A stretch of DNA of 64,000 bases from an uncultured Spirochaetota bacterium (GCA_944389415.1 CALXMF010000005.1:19798-83797), one strand, 5' to 3'; numbered from the stretch's first letter, positions 37,554-51,297 are shown. Numbers and translations: made by a program. The notes: a model not told the origin generated them from the sequence alone.

Positions 37554-38720
37554 ATGAACATAACAGTTATCGGAGTTGGATACGTAGGTCTTGCGAACGC
37601 TATTCTCCTTGCACAACATAATCAGGTTATCGCGTTCGATATAAACCCTGCAAAAATTAATTTAATAAATAACAAAACATCACCAATTGCAGATAAAGAA
37701 ATAGAACTGTATTTAAAAGAAAAAGAATTGCACCTAAAAGCAACAACAGATAAAAATTGTGCATATGCAAATCCCGACTATGTAATTATAGCAACACCCA
37801 CAGATTATGATACAGAAAAAAACTTTTTTAATACCACTGCGGTTGAATCTGTAATAAACGACTGTGCCCTGCTCGCCCCCCATGCTGCCATTATTATAAA
37901 ATCAACTATTCCTGTCGGTTTTACAGAAGCAATGCAAAAGAAATATCCTAATCTTACGCTTGCTTTCTCTCCTGAGTTTCTGCGTGAAGGAAAAGCCTTA
38001 TATGATAATCTCTACCCTTCTCGTATCATCCTTGGCGGGCAGGGAGAAAAAATACGGCAGTTTGCATCTCTATTGCAGCAGGGCGCTATAAAATCGGATA
38101 TTCCGGTTCTATTTATGCATTCCACAGAAGCAGAAGCCGTCAAGCTTTTTTCTAATACATATCTTGCGCTGCGTATCTCATATTTTAATGAATTGGATAC
38201 ATATGCAGAAATACGAGGATTGGATACACAAGCCATCATACAGGGTGTCTGTCTGGACCCCCGTATTGGAGATGGATACAATAATCCATCATTTGGATAT
38301 GGCGGTTATTGCTTACCCAAAGATACAAAACAACTAAAAGCAAATTATCAGAACATCCCGGAAAATCTCATCAGCGCAATAGTAGCATCAAACACAACCC
38401 GGAAAGATCATATTGCTCATATGATAGAGCAAAAAAATCCCCATTGTGTCGGGATTTATCGGCTCACCATGAAAACCAACAGTGATAATTTCAGAGCCTC
38501 CGCAATTCAGGGGATTATGAAGCGGCTGAAAAGTTCTGGTATAGAAGTTATCGTGTATGAACCAACATTAGAAGCAGATACATTCTTAAATTCACGGGTA
38601 ATAAAAGATCTCGAAGCCTTTGCAAATGCATCTGATATCATCGTCTGCAATCGGCTCACACCAGAAATACAAAAATTCAAAACAAAAATATACACACGTG
38701 ATTTGTGGGGAAAAGATTAA
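37554..38720 (+). CDS. ugd: UDP-glucose 6-dehydrogenase
   Basis: [13 protein letters not shown] Rossmann motif and catalytic [10 protein letters not shown]; 388 aa. Confidence 0.9.
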   Translation: MNITVIGVGYVGLANAILLAQHNQVIAFDINPAKINLINNKTSPIADKEIELYLKEKELHLKATTDKNCAYANPDYVIIATPTDYDTEKNFFNTTAVESVINDCALLAPHAAIIIKSTIPVGFTEAMQKKYPNLTLAFSPEFLREGKALYDNLYPSRIILGGQGEKIRQFASLLQQGAIKSDIPVLFMHSTEAEAVKLFSNTYLALRISYFNELDTYAEIRGLDTQAIIQGVCLDPRIGDGYNNPSFGYGGYCLPKDTKQLKANYQNIPENLISAIVASNTTRKDHIAHMIEQKNPHCVGIYRLTMKTNSDNFRASAIQGIMKRLKSSGIEVIVYEPTLEADTFLNSRVIKDLEAFANASDIIVCNRLTPEIQKFKTKIYTRDLWGKD

Positions 38721-38721
38721 G

Positions 38722-39711
38722 ATGAATTTCAAATTATTATATGTTGTTGTTTCATCTGAAAGTGACACCTATTTAGAGCAAGCATATTTATCAATGTTTT
38801 CTGCAAAATTTTATATGCCACATGCAAAAATCACTCTACTTACTGATGACTTGACTGATAAAACTTTGATAGGGAACAGAAAAAATATTTTGAAATATAC
38901 AGATGAATATATTTGTATTCCCCTAGACCCAAAATACACATCAAAAATAAGATCCCGGTTATTAAAAACCAATATGAGGCACTATGTTGAAGGAGATTTT
39001 TTATATATAGATTCTGATACTATCATATGTGATGATTTATCAGATTTGGTATCAACACAGAATTCGATTTCAGGCGTATATGATTTACATGTACCTTTAA
39101 ATAATCACCCAAAAAAAAATGATGTACTCAATGGACTTCGTGCTGTACAAGCACAACCTGATTTATCAAAAGGATATTATAATAGTGGAGTTCTTTTAGT
39201 CAAAGACACACCCGAATCATATACTTTTTTTACAGAATGGAATCAACAATATCTTAAACATATTGCAGTGATGACACAGGACCAACCATCGTTAGAATTG
39301 GTTCGGGAAATGTATCCGAATATTATACACAATCTGCCTGACACATATAATACACAAATCCTTTATACTACTAGATATATCCGCAAAATGAAAATATTGC
39401 ATTATTTTTCAAGCGGATTCTTACCAAATTATGAAAACAAGTATTCCTGTAAATTCTGTGATATAAATTTACTAAAAACCATAAAAACTGAAGGAGAAAT
39501 TCCAGAAGCAGTAAAGCAGCTTATTTTAGAACCTGAAAAATCTTTATTAGAAACAGCTTTTATTTTTCCACCTACAACTTTTTTTGAATCTCATATTTTT
39601 CGCTGTACAGAACGTCTATTTCAATGCAGAAACAAAAACTTATTTACACGCATCTTATTTCAGTGTTCAGAATATACACTCCGATTTTTTGTTAAACTAT
39701 TTTGCCATTAG
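38722..39711 (+). CDS. Glycosyltransferase family 8-like
   Basis: Start at MNFKLLYVVVSS, right after the ugd stop. Motifs YIDSDTII (DxD) and YYNSGVLLV. Confidence 0.65.
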   Translation: MNFKLLYVVVSSESDTYLEQAYLSMFSAKFYMPHAKITLLTDDLTDKTLIGNRKNILKYTDEYICIPLDPKYTSKIRSRLLKTNMRHYVEGDFLYIDSDTIICDDLSDLVSTQNSISGVYDLHVPLNNHPKKNDVLNGLRAVQAQPDLSKGYYNSGVLLVKDTPESYTFFTEWNQQYLKHIAVMTQDQPSLELVREMYPNIIHNLPDTYNTQILYTTRYIRKMKILHYFSSGFLPNYENKYSCKFCDINLLKTIKTEGEIPEAVKQLILEPEKSLLETAFIFPPTTFFESHIFRCTERLFQCRNKNLFTRILFQCSEYTLRFFVKLFCH

Positions 39712-39731
39712 TTTCAGGATGGTCAGCCAAT

Positions 39732-40784
39732 ATGCTTTATGTAATCAACGGAAAATTTTTAACACAGCAAATAACAGGCGTTCAAAGATATGCGCTTGAA
39801 ATAATCAAACAACTAGATAACCTTATCACAGATAAGCAGGTGAAGATTCATCTGCTTATCCCCCCTCATGATATTACAGTACCAGAACTACATCATATTC
39901 AAATCATTAAATATGGATTAAAAAATAAATTCCTCTGGGAACAAATATCGCTTGCCCGTTATATAAAACAAAACAAAGCAATAGGGATACACTTATGCAA
40001 TACAGTTCCATTACTTGTTCCACGTGGTATCACATGCATTCATGATATAACATATAAAATAAATATACAATTTATTTCAACAAAATTCCTCATACTTGCC
40101 AGAATATGGCATCTTATACAATATAGAATCGCAATCAAAAATGCATTACACCTTATAACCGTTTCTGAATATTCAAAAAAACAGATTATTGAAACTTATC
40201 ATATTTCAGAGTCTCGTATTTCAGTAATTTACAACGGATGGCAGCATTTCTCTCCCGAGATTTCCTCAGATCTTACATTACAGAAATATCCTTTTCTTAC
40301 AGACCGAGAATATTTTTTCAGTTTAGCAACATTTGCGAAAAACAAAAATTTTAAATGGATCATTGAATCCGCAAAATTGTATCCTGACAATATATATGTT
40401 ATCGCAGGAAAGATGGATAAGAAAAGACTTGGAGAACATATAGGAAGTATCCACAATGTTATTCATATTGGTTATATATCTGATGATGATATAAAATTAC
40501 TTTTAAAGCACTGTAAAGCATTCATTTTTCCATCTTTGTATGAAGGTTTTGGAATTCCACCTCTTGAAGCATTGGCCATGGGAGCACCAGTGATTTGTTC
40601 TACTGCAGCGTGTTTACCAGAAATCTTTGGACATAGTGTGCATTATATTGACCCCTATATCACAAATACAGATTTAAATAAACTGTTGGAAGAACCTGTC
40701 GAAACAGCAGAAATTGTTTTAACTAAGTATTCATGGAAAAAATCTGCTCAGGCTTTATTAAATATCATCTATACATATACTTAG
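39732..40784 (+). CDS. Glycosyltransferase family 4
   Basis: MLYVINGKFLTQQITGVQRYA... and FPSLYEGFGIPPLEALAMGAPVICS. Confidence 0.8.
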   Translation: MLYVINGKFLTQQITGVQRYALEIIKQLDNLITDKQVKIHLLIPPHDITVPELHHIQIIKYGLKNKFLWEQISLARYIKQNKAIGIHLCNTVPLLVPRGITCIHDITYKINIQFISTKFLILARIWHLIQYRIAIKNALHLITVSEYSKKQIIETYHISESRISVIYNGWQHFSPEISSDLTLQKYPFLTDREYFFSLATFAKNKNFKWIIESAKLYPDNIYVIAGKMDKKRLGEHIGSIHNVIHIGYISDDDIKLLLKHCKAFIFPSLYEGFGIPPLEALAMGAPVICSTAACLPEIFGHSVHYIDPYITNTDLNKLLEEPVETAEIVLTKYSWKKSAQALLNIIYTYT

Positions 40785-40869
40785 GAATTCGAAAAATACG
40801 TAATATAATTACCGGATATAAAGGATAGAAATTTTTATCAAAAATCATATCAAAGCAGGAGGAATAGAT

Positions 40870-42170
40870 ATGAATAAAATAGTTTATTTAGGAATGACAG
40901 GAGATATTATTCATCCAGGATTAATTAATATCATATCAGAAGCAGCAAAACTGGGAGATGTAATGATAGGATTATTAACTGATTCTGCAATTGCTCCGCA
41001 TAAACGATTACCATATCTTACATATGATCAACGTAGAACAGTAATTGAACATATAAAAGGTGTAAAAAGAGTTGTTCCGCAAGACGAGTGGAGTTATGTA
41101 CCGAATCTTCGTAAGTACAAACCAGATATTATCATTCATGGAGATGATTGGCAAATTGGCCCACTCAGTCTTATTCGAAAAGAAGTTTTTCAAGTTATGA
41201 AAGAAATAGGTGGAGAAGTTGTCGAGATTCCCTATACAACCGGAATTTCATCATCAGCACTGCATGATGAAATGAATAGTATCGGAACAACTCCTGAGAT
41301 AAGAATGAAAACGCTCCGTCGATTGCTTAATACAAAAAAGATCATACGTATTATGGAAGCTCACTCCGGTTTATCAGGTTTAATCATTGAGAAATTAGCT
41401 ATAGAAAAATCAGATGGACTTCATGCTTTTGATGGAATTTGGTCATCAAGTCTTACAGACTCAGTTTCAAAAGGGAAACCAGATATAGAAGCAGTAGATT
41501 TGACTACTCGCCTGCAGGACCTGACCAATATTTTAGAATGTACAACCAAACCAATTATATTCGATGGTGATACTGGTGGAAAAACAGAGCATTTTGTATT
41601 TACTGTTAGAACATTGGAAAGGAATGGAATATCAGCTATAATTATAGAAGATAAAATAGGTTTGAAAAAAAATTCTTTATTTGGAACTGAGGTTGAACAA
41701 CATTTAGCTCCGATACCAGATTTCTGCCATAAAATTAGTGAAGGCAAAAAGGCTCAAGTAACAAAAGATTTCATGATTTTTGCTCGATTGGAATCACTTA
41801 TTGCAGGATATTCTGTTGATGACGCATTACAAAGAGCGGATGCATATGTCAAAGCAGGAGCAGATGGAATTATGATTCATAGTAAGGAAAAACATGGCGA
41901 TGATATTAGGACATTCTGTACCACATTCAGAAAAACATTTCCAGACATACCAATTATTTTAGTTCCAACAACATATAATCAATTTACAGAAACAGAGCTT
42001 GCATCATGGGGTGCAAATATTATTATCTATGCGAACCATATGTTGAGAGCATCATATCCAGCAATGTTAAAGGTTGCCCGCTTAATATTGGAAAACGAGA
42101 GAGCTGCAGAGACAGATTTATTGTGTATGCCTATCAAACAAATTCTAGAGTTAATTCCAGGAGGAAAATA

Positions 42171-42171
<1 letters not shown>
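40870..42171 (+). CDS. aepX: Phosphoenolpyruvate mutase with N-terminal TagD-like cytidylyltransferase-fold domain
   Basis: AGGAGG RBS. The PEP mutase signature EDKxxxxxNS is present as EDKIGLKKNS. The first 130 aa or so resemble glycerol-3-P cytidylyltransferase (GDDW, TTGISSS) but carry IHPGL instead of HxGH. Confidence 0.85.
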
Positions 42172-45135
<2,964 letters not shown>

Positions 45136-45173
45136 AAGATTCTATTCAACATAATATATTCGATGATGACACT

Positions 45174-47873
45174 ATGGCACATATTTTATATTCAATAATT
45201 ATTTATCCAATTACACTCCTTATAGAAATCATTCTCCAATTTGGTGAAAAACTTTTTAATAATACTGTTATAGCAATTTTAGGTGTAAGTACTGCTGTAT
45301 CACTGTTTTGTTTGCCATTATATATCATTGCTGAACGGTGGCAGCAAAAAGAAAGGGCTCAAATTGCAAAACTTAAACCTAAAGTAGATAAAATAAAAGA
45401 AGTATTTAAAGGTGATGAGCAGTACATGATATTAGCTACATTCTATAAACAAAATCATTATCATCCCTTTTATGCGTTTAGAAATTCCCTTGGATTATTA
45501 ATTCAGATACCGTTTTTCATCGCAGCGTATACGTTCTTATCAAATTACACACCGTTACAGGGGGAATCTTTTTTTGCAATCGCAGATTTAGCAAAGCCTG
45601 ATGCACTCATATCAATAAAAAATTATTCTATCAATATACTACCAATCATTATGACTGCAATTAATTGTTTGGCCAGCGCCATTTATACAAAAGGTCTTTC
45701 CTTGAAAGACAAAATTCAACTTTATGGAATGGCATTCATATTTCTAATTTTATTATATAATTCCCCATCAGGATTAGTTATATATTGGACAATGAATAAT
45801 GTGATATCACTTGTTAAAAACATTTTTTATAAACTCAGAAATCCAAAACAAGTCCTCTATATACTCTGTACAATACTGAGCGTTCTTTTAATTATTTTTG
45901 ATTTATTTATTTTAAATAAGGACCTTTATGATAGAATCATATTAGCATTGATTTTATGCATGATTCCCCTTTTTCCAATTATATCAAAATTATATACATA
46001 TTCACTGAAAACTATATTCACAGAAATAATTAGTTTTTCCCAAAAACGGTTTATCCTTTTTACACTTGCTTCTACGCTTATATTTATACTCATTGGCCTT
46101 AATATCCCTACATCCATTATTGCATCATCCCCTCAAGAATTTTCTTTTGTAGACAAACACTCTTCTCCCCTATATTTTATTTATGTAACCAGTTTACAAG
46201 CATTTGGCTTATTTGTTGTTTGGCCCTCTATATTTTATAGTCTTTTTTCTCCTAAAATAAAAGTATTGATAACAATCTGCATGGTTTTCACAGCTATTGC
46301 AGCAGTAATCAATACATTCGCATTCTCTGGGAATTATGGAATTCTCTCAACAATGTTAACATTTACACAAACACGTGTTTTAAAACCGACAAGTCAAGAA
46401 GCAGTATTAAATATAATATGTATTTGTTTGATAATTAGCATCTGTATTTATTGTTTTTATAAATACAAAAGTAATTTAATTACTTTTATTATGACAATCA
46501 CTTTTATTGCAATATTCATTACATCATTCATTAATATCATCGCTATACAAAAAGGATATACAAACCTAGTAGAAATCAAAAAAGATGTCAATCAAGTAAA
46601 AACAGTCTCTCCTATTTTCAGTCTTTCAAAAACAGGAAAAAATGTTTTTATTATTATGCTCGACAGAGCGGCTAATGGATATGTACCAACTATATTTAAT
46701 GAAAATCCGGAATTATATTCTCAATATGATGGTTTTATATACTATCCAAATACACTTTCTTTCAATGATTACACCCTTATTGGGGCACCGCCTTTATTTG
46801 GAGGATATGAATATACTCCACAGGAAATAAATAAACGAAGTAGCGAGAAATTGAAAGAAAAACATAATGAGTCACTTCTAGTTCTTCCCCGAATCTTTTC
46901 AGAAGCAGGATTTGATACTGTAATCACAGATCCTCCATGGAGTAATTATAGTCTTGTACCTGATGTATCAATTTATAAACCATATCCATCTATTAAACCT
47001 TATATTACTAATCGTACATACACAGATATATGGCTGAAAGAACATGATATAGGAAACATGCAAATCAGAAGTTCTATTTTAGAAAGAAATTTTTTATTTT
47101 TCGGTCTATTGAAAATTTCACCTTTATTCATACGGGATATTATTTATGATGATGGCGCTTACTGGAATTCAGATTCTCAAATTGATGATATTGAATTATT
47201 AATAAATAGCTATTCTGTACTAGATTATCTTCCCAAATTAACAGAGATAAATACTAATACCCAAAATAATACTTTTACATTTATGGTCAATGATCTAACA
47301 CATGAACCTATGCCTCTACAAGCACCGGATTATATTCCGCATGTACCAATAACACAAACCGGTAATACACCCTTTTCAGATGAACCACACTATCCTGTTA
47401 ATGCGGCTGCATTAAAATTGATTGGTAAATGGTTAAAATTTTTAAAAGAAAATAATGTATATGATAATACCCGTATAATAATAACATCAGACCATGGTGC
47501 TAATATTACATCAAAGCAATTTTCTTACCAACAATTTCCGTTTAATCCAGAAACACACAATCCATTATTGTTAGTAAAAGATTTTAATCAGCACTCATCA
47601 GAATTCAATGTACTGAATACGGATTATACATTAATGACAAATGCAGATGTACCAATACTAGCTGTTCAACAAGTGATAAAGAATCCCCTCAATCCTTTTA
47701 CAGGCAAACAATTGACGAGTGAAATAAAACAAGATAAACTGTATGTTGTACATGGAGTTAAATGGACACCAGATGCACATATGGAAAATATATTTAATAT
47801 AAAACCAGAACAATGGTATTCGGTCAAAGATAATATTCTGCAATCAGATAATTGGAAACAAGAGCATCCATAA
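45174..47873 (+). CDS. Polytopic membrane protein: YidC/Oxa1-like N-terminal region plus C-terminal LtaS/sulfatase-like (alkaline-phosphatase superfamily) domain
   Basis: YidC-like: LPLYIIAERWQQKERAQIAKLKPKVDKIKEVFKGDEQ...FYKQNHYHPF and SGLVIYWTMNNVISLVKN. About a dozen hydrophobic segments extend to about residue 460. Then FIIMLDRAANGY, NDLTHEP and IIITSDHG follow, in the order expected for metal and nucleophile motifs. Confidence 0.6.
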   Translation: MAHILYSIIIYPITLLIEIILQFGEKLFNNTVIAILGVSTAVSLFCLPLYIIAERWQQKERAQIAKLKPKVDKIKEVFKGDEQYMILATFYKQNHYHPFYAFRNSLGLLIQIPFFIAAYTFLSNYTPLQGESFFAIADLAKPDALISIKNYSINILPIIMTAINCLASAIYTKGLSLKDKIQLYGMAFIFLILLYNSPSGLVIYWTMNNVISLVKNIFYKLRNPKQVLYILCTILSVLLIIFDLFILNKDLYDRIILALILCMIPLFPIISKLYTYSLKTIFTEIISFSQKRFILFTLASTLIFILIGLNIPTSIIASSPQEFSFVDKHSSPLYFIYVTSLQAFGLFVVWPSIFYSLFSPKIKVLITICMVFTAIAAVINTFAFSGNYGILSTMLTFTQTRVLKPTSQEAVLNIICICLIISICIYCFYKYKSNLITFIMTITFIAIFITSFINIIAIQKGYTNLVEIKKDVNQVKTVSPIFSLSKTGKNVFIIMLDRAANGYVPTIFNENPELYSQYDGFIYYPNTLSFNDYTLIGAPPLFGGYEYTPQEINKRSSEKLKEKHNESLLVLPRIFSEAGFDTVITDPPWSNYSLVPDVSIYKPYPSIKPYITNRTYTDIWLKEHDIGNMQIRSSILERNFLFFGLLKISPLFIRDIIYDDGAYWNSDSQIDDIELLINSYSVLDYLPKLTEINTNTQNNTFTFMVNDLTHEPMPLQAPDYIPHVPITQTGNTPFSDEPHYPVNAAALKLIGKWLKFLKENNVYDNTRIIITSDHGANITSKQFSYQQFPFNPETHNPLLLVKDFNQHSSEFNVLNTDYTLMTNADVPILAVQQVIKNPLNPFTGKQLTSEIKQDKLYVVHGVKWTPDAHMENIFNIKPEQWYSVKDNILQSDNWKQEHP

Positions 47874-47932
47874 CAGAGACATATCTTACTTTAACGACAA
47901 AACCGTTTCAATAAAAATAAACAGGACATAAT

Positions 47933-49171
47933 ATGATAACACTTTTCTTATATATAGACCCAGGAACAGGTAGTATGCTCTTTTCAATTCTGATAGGAGC
48001 TATTGCAACCCTATATTTCCTACTGAAAGCTGTAGTTATAAAAATTAAATTTATGTTAACAGGGAAAGATATTGGAAGAATTCCCCAAACCACTTACTCG
48101 TACGTTATCTACTGTGAAGGCAAACAATACTGGAATTTGTTTACGCCAATTGTAACTGAATTTGAAAAACGACAGATACCTGTTATGTATTATACCTCTG
48201 CTGAGGATGACCCCTTATTGAATAAACAAACTCAGTATATTAAAGCTGAATTTATTGGAAGCGGAAATGCTGCGTTTGCGCGTCTGAATCTGTTAGAAGC
48301 AGATATTGTACTTATGACAACACCAGGTCTGCAGGTATATCAATTAAAAAGATCAAAAAAAGTAAAACACTATGCTCATATTCTACACGCAACCAGTGAT
48401 GCAACTATGTATAAACTTTTCGGTATAGACTATTTTGATTCTATACTATTGACAGGAGAATACCAAAAAAAGGATATCAGACAACTCGAACATCAACGAA
48501 ATATTCCTGAAAAAGAGCTTATCACAATAGGTTGTCCTTACCTTGATGTTCTTGTTCAAAAAATACAAGAACTTTCTGTTGAAAATACACATTTATTTAC
48601 TGTATTAGTATCCCCTTCATGGGGAAGTTCTGCAATTTTAGCTAAGTATGGAGAAAAACTACTTGATCCTCTTGCCAGTAGTGGATGGAGAATTATTATA
48701 AGACCACATCCCCAGTCAAAAAAATCAGAAGTGCAAATCTTGGATCGACTAACAAAGAGATATGAAAACAACAATAATATAGAGTGGGATTTTAATAATG
48801 ACAATATCCTTTCAATGCAAAAATCTGATATTATGATTTCTGATTTTTCTGGTATTATTTTTGATTATATATTTCTATATGATAAACCTGTAATATATGT
48901 AACCCAAGACTTTGATTTGCGACCATATGACGCAGATGATTTGCACCACGAAATATGGCAATTTGAAACATTAAAGAAAATAGGAATTGAACTAAAAGAA
49001 AAAGATTTTCCTTCAATAAAAAAAATTATCGAAGTAACAGCTGATAACGAAAATTTAAGAAAAGCAAGAAGGCAGGCAAAGAATGAGGCATGGCAATATC
49101 AGGGAGAAGGCAGCAAAAACGCAGTTGATTTTCTAGTAAAAAAATATAAAGAAATTGTTAATCAGAATTAA
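47933..49171 (+). CDS. CDP-glycerol glycerophosphotransferase family protein (TagB/TagF-like)
   Basis: N-terminal TM segment. C-terminal motif region SPSWG...RPHP...SDIMISDFSGIIFDYIFLYDKPVIY. Confidence 0.75.
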   Translation: MITLFLYIDPGTGSMLFSILIGAIATLYFLLKAVVIKIKFMLTGKDIGRIPQTTYSYVIYCEGKQYWNLFTPIVTEFEKRQIPVMYYTSAEDDPLLNKQTQYIKAEFIGSGNAAFARLNLLEADIVLMTTPGLQVYQLKRSKKVKHYAHILHATSDATMYKLFGIDYFDSILLTGEYQKKDIRQLEHQRNIPEKELITIGCPYLDVLVQKIQELSVENTHLFTVLVSPSWGSSAILAKYGEKLLDPLASSGWRIIIRPHPQSKKSEVQILDRLTKRYENNNNIEWDFNNDNILSMQKSDIMISDFSGIIFDYIFLYDKPVIYVTQDFDLRPYDADDLHHEIWQFETLKKIGIELKEKDFPSIKKIIEVTADNENLRKARRQAKNEAWQYQGEGSKNAVDFLVKKYKEIVNQN

Positions 49172-49198
49172 ATATAAAATAATCTCAAGATACAAACA

Positions 49199-50281
49199 AT
49201 GAAAATAGCAATAGATTGCAGAATGATAGAATCAAGTGGTATTGGAGTTTTTTTACGAGAAACACTACGATATCTTGTAAAAAGCAGCAATACTTTTATT
49301 CTCATAGGTTCTCAGCAGGTTATATACAAAAATATACCAGAACTCTCTCAAACGACAAACACTTATATCATTGAATGTTCATGTAAACCGTTCTCTGTGC
49401 AGGAAACTTTCATGTTTCCGTCTGCCATTTGCGAACAAATTAACAGGTGTGATATCTACTATACTCCCTTTTTTAATGTTCCAAACGGAATCCAAATACC
49501 CATTTATATAACCATTCATGATATTATTTTTCCTGATATACCTGAACTGACATCTAGATTGGGGTTATTAATACGGATGTGGTTTTACAGACGGGCATAT
49601 AAAAAAGCACAAGGTATTTTAACTGTTTCTCATTTTTCTGAAGAACGCATAAAAGTACATCTGGGCACTCAGAAACCAATCTATGTTGTCTACAGCGCGG
49701 TTGCATCATATCTGGATGAGTATACAGAAGAGGCAAACATACAAAAACAGATTCTCTTTGTCGGGAATATCAAAAAGCATAAAGGACTGGCTATTCTTAT
49801 TCCCGCTTTTAGACAGCTGAGAAAACAATTCCCTGATATAAAACTAGTCATTGTTGGCAGTGCTGAAAATTTCAGAAGTCATGATTCTGCAATTCTCGAT
49901 CTCCAGCACACAGCAGAAACTGATGGAATACATTTTACCGGATACATTAATGATACCGAATTAAGAAAACTATATACAGATTCAGCAGTTCTTGTGCAGC
50001 CATCATTTTACGAGGGCTTTGGGTTGCCGCCTCTTGAAGCAATGTATTGCGGAACACCGGCAATTATTTCTGATATCCCTGTATTTAAAGAAATATATGC
50101 ATCCTATCCGGTAGACTATTTTCAGTGCGGCAATATCTCAGATTTATATGAAAAAATGTATAATTTTTTCAGTAATATATACCCCAAGCGAATTTCTCTC
50201 ACTGACCAACAAAAACAGAAGTATTCTTTTTCAGATAAAGCACAACACATTCTCAATATATTTTCGGAAGGGAAAAAATGA
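49199..50281 (+). CDS. Glycosyltransferase family 4
   Basis: QPSFYEGFGLPPLEAMYCGTPAIISDIPVFKEIY. Confidence 0.8.
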   Translation: MKIAIDCRMIESSGIGVFLRETLRYLVKSSNTFILIGSQQVIYKNIPELSQTTNTYIIECSCKPFSVQETFMFPSAICEQINRCDIYYTPFFNVPNGIQIPIYITIHDIIFPDIPELTSRLGLLIRMWFYRRAYKKAQGILTVSHFSEERIKVHLGTQKPIYVVYSAVASYLDEYTEEANIQKQILFVGNIKKHKGLAILIPAFRQLRKQFPDIKLVIVGSAENFRSHDSAILDLQHTAETDGIHFTGYINDTELRKLYTDSAVLVQPSFYEGFGLPPLEAMYCGTPAIISDIPVFKEIYASYPVDYFQCGNISDLYEKMYNFFSNIYPKRISLTDQQKQKYSFSDKAQHILNIFSEGKK

Positions 50282-51291
50282 TTATAACACAAACACCTTT
50301 CAGAATGTCTTTTTTTGGCGGGGGCACAGATTTTCCCGGTTTTTATCACCAATATGGCGGTTCAGTCATTTCAACCACATTTGATAAATACTGTTATGTA
50401 AATGTCAGACATCTGCCAAGATTTTTTGATTATACTACTGAGTTATGTTATGCAAAAATTGAGCGAGTAACCTCTATAAAAGACATACAACACCCGGCAA
50501 TACGCAACGCAATGGAATATTTGCATATGCATGAACTTAGACTCTCATATGAGGCAGATCTTCCGGCAAGATCCGGGCTTGGCACATCAAGTTCATTTGC
50601 AGTTGGTATGCTCCATGCCTTCTATGCGATGAAGGGAAAATATGTTGATAAAAGGAAGCTGGCTGACGATGCCATTTATCTTGAACGGACTCTCTGTAAT
50701 GAGAAAGGTGGTATTCAGGATCAAATTGCTGCAAGTTTTGGTGGATTCAACCGTATCAATTTTTCTTCGAGTGGATATACAGTTCATCCTATTATTATTT
50801 CTCCAGAACGAAAAGAACAACTTAATAACAGTCTTATGCTCTTCTTTACCGGATTTGCACGGTTTTCATCAGAAATTCAAACAGCAACAGAACAGGCTCT
50901 TCAACAAAAAGATAAAGATAACTTACTCAAAGAAATGTTATCTCTTGTAGATGACGCAGAAAAAATCTTAACATCACATACCGATCTTGATGAATTTGGC
51001 AAATTACTTGATTATACATGGAAACTGAAACGAGGGCTTACCAATAAAATATCTTCAGATACAATTGATATATTATATCAGACTGGAATTGCTGCCGGAG
51101 CTATTGGGGGCAAACTTCTTGGCGCTGGAGGCGGTGGTTTTTTACTTTTCTATGTACCAATAGATAAGAAAGCCGCTGTACAGGAAGCATTGAAAAAATT
51201 GCTATATGTTCCATTTGCATTTGAAGATGCAGGTACTCAAGTTATCCATTATACCCCGGAGATTTATCAGCCGGATGAAAGCAGGGAGTGA
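50278..51291 (+). CDS. hddA: GHMP-family sugar kinase, HddA-like (D-glycero-D-manno-heptose 7-phosphate kinase)
   Basis: ATGA overlap with the upstream gene. MIITQTPFRMSFFGGGTDFP and GHMP motif PARSGLGTSSSF. Confidence 0.7.
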   Translation: MIITQTPFRMSFFGGGTDFPGFYHQYGGSVISTTFDKYCYVNVRHLPRFFDYTTELCYAKIERVTSIKDIQHPAIRNAMEYLHMHELRLSYEADLPARSGLGTSSSFAVGMLHAFYAMKGKYVDKRKLADDAIYLERTLCNEKGGIQDQIAASFGGFNRINFSSSGYTVHPIIISPERKEQLNNSLMLFFTGFARFSSEIQTATEQALQQKDKDNLLKEMLSLVDDAEKILTSHTDLDEFGKLLDYTWKLKRGLTNKISSDTIDILYQTGIAAGAIGGKLLGAGGGGFLLFYVPIDKKAAVQEALKKLLYVPFAFEDAGTQVIHYTPEIYQPDESRE

Positions 51292-51297
51292 ATAAGA

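Noticed and set aside
38620-38721. Upstream extension of the GT8-like ORF into ugd
   Set aside because: It overlaps the ugd C-terminus. The ATG at 38722 directly follows the ugd stop.
42006-42170. Upstream extension of the phosphonopyruvate decarboxylase ORF
   Set aside because: It overlaps the 3' end of the PEP mutase gene in another frame. The family-typical N-terminus (MIAPSLIF...YCGVPDS) starts at 42171, with GGAGG upstream.
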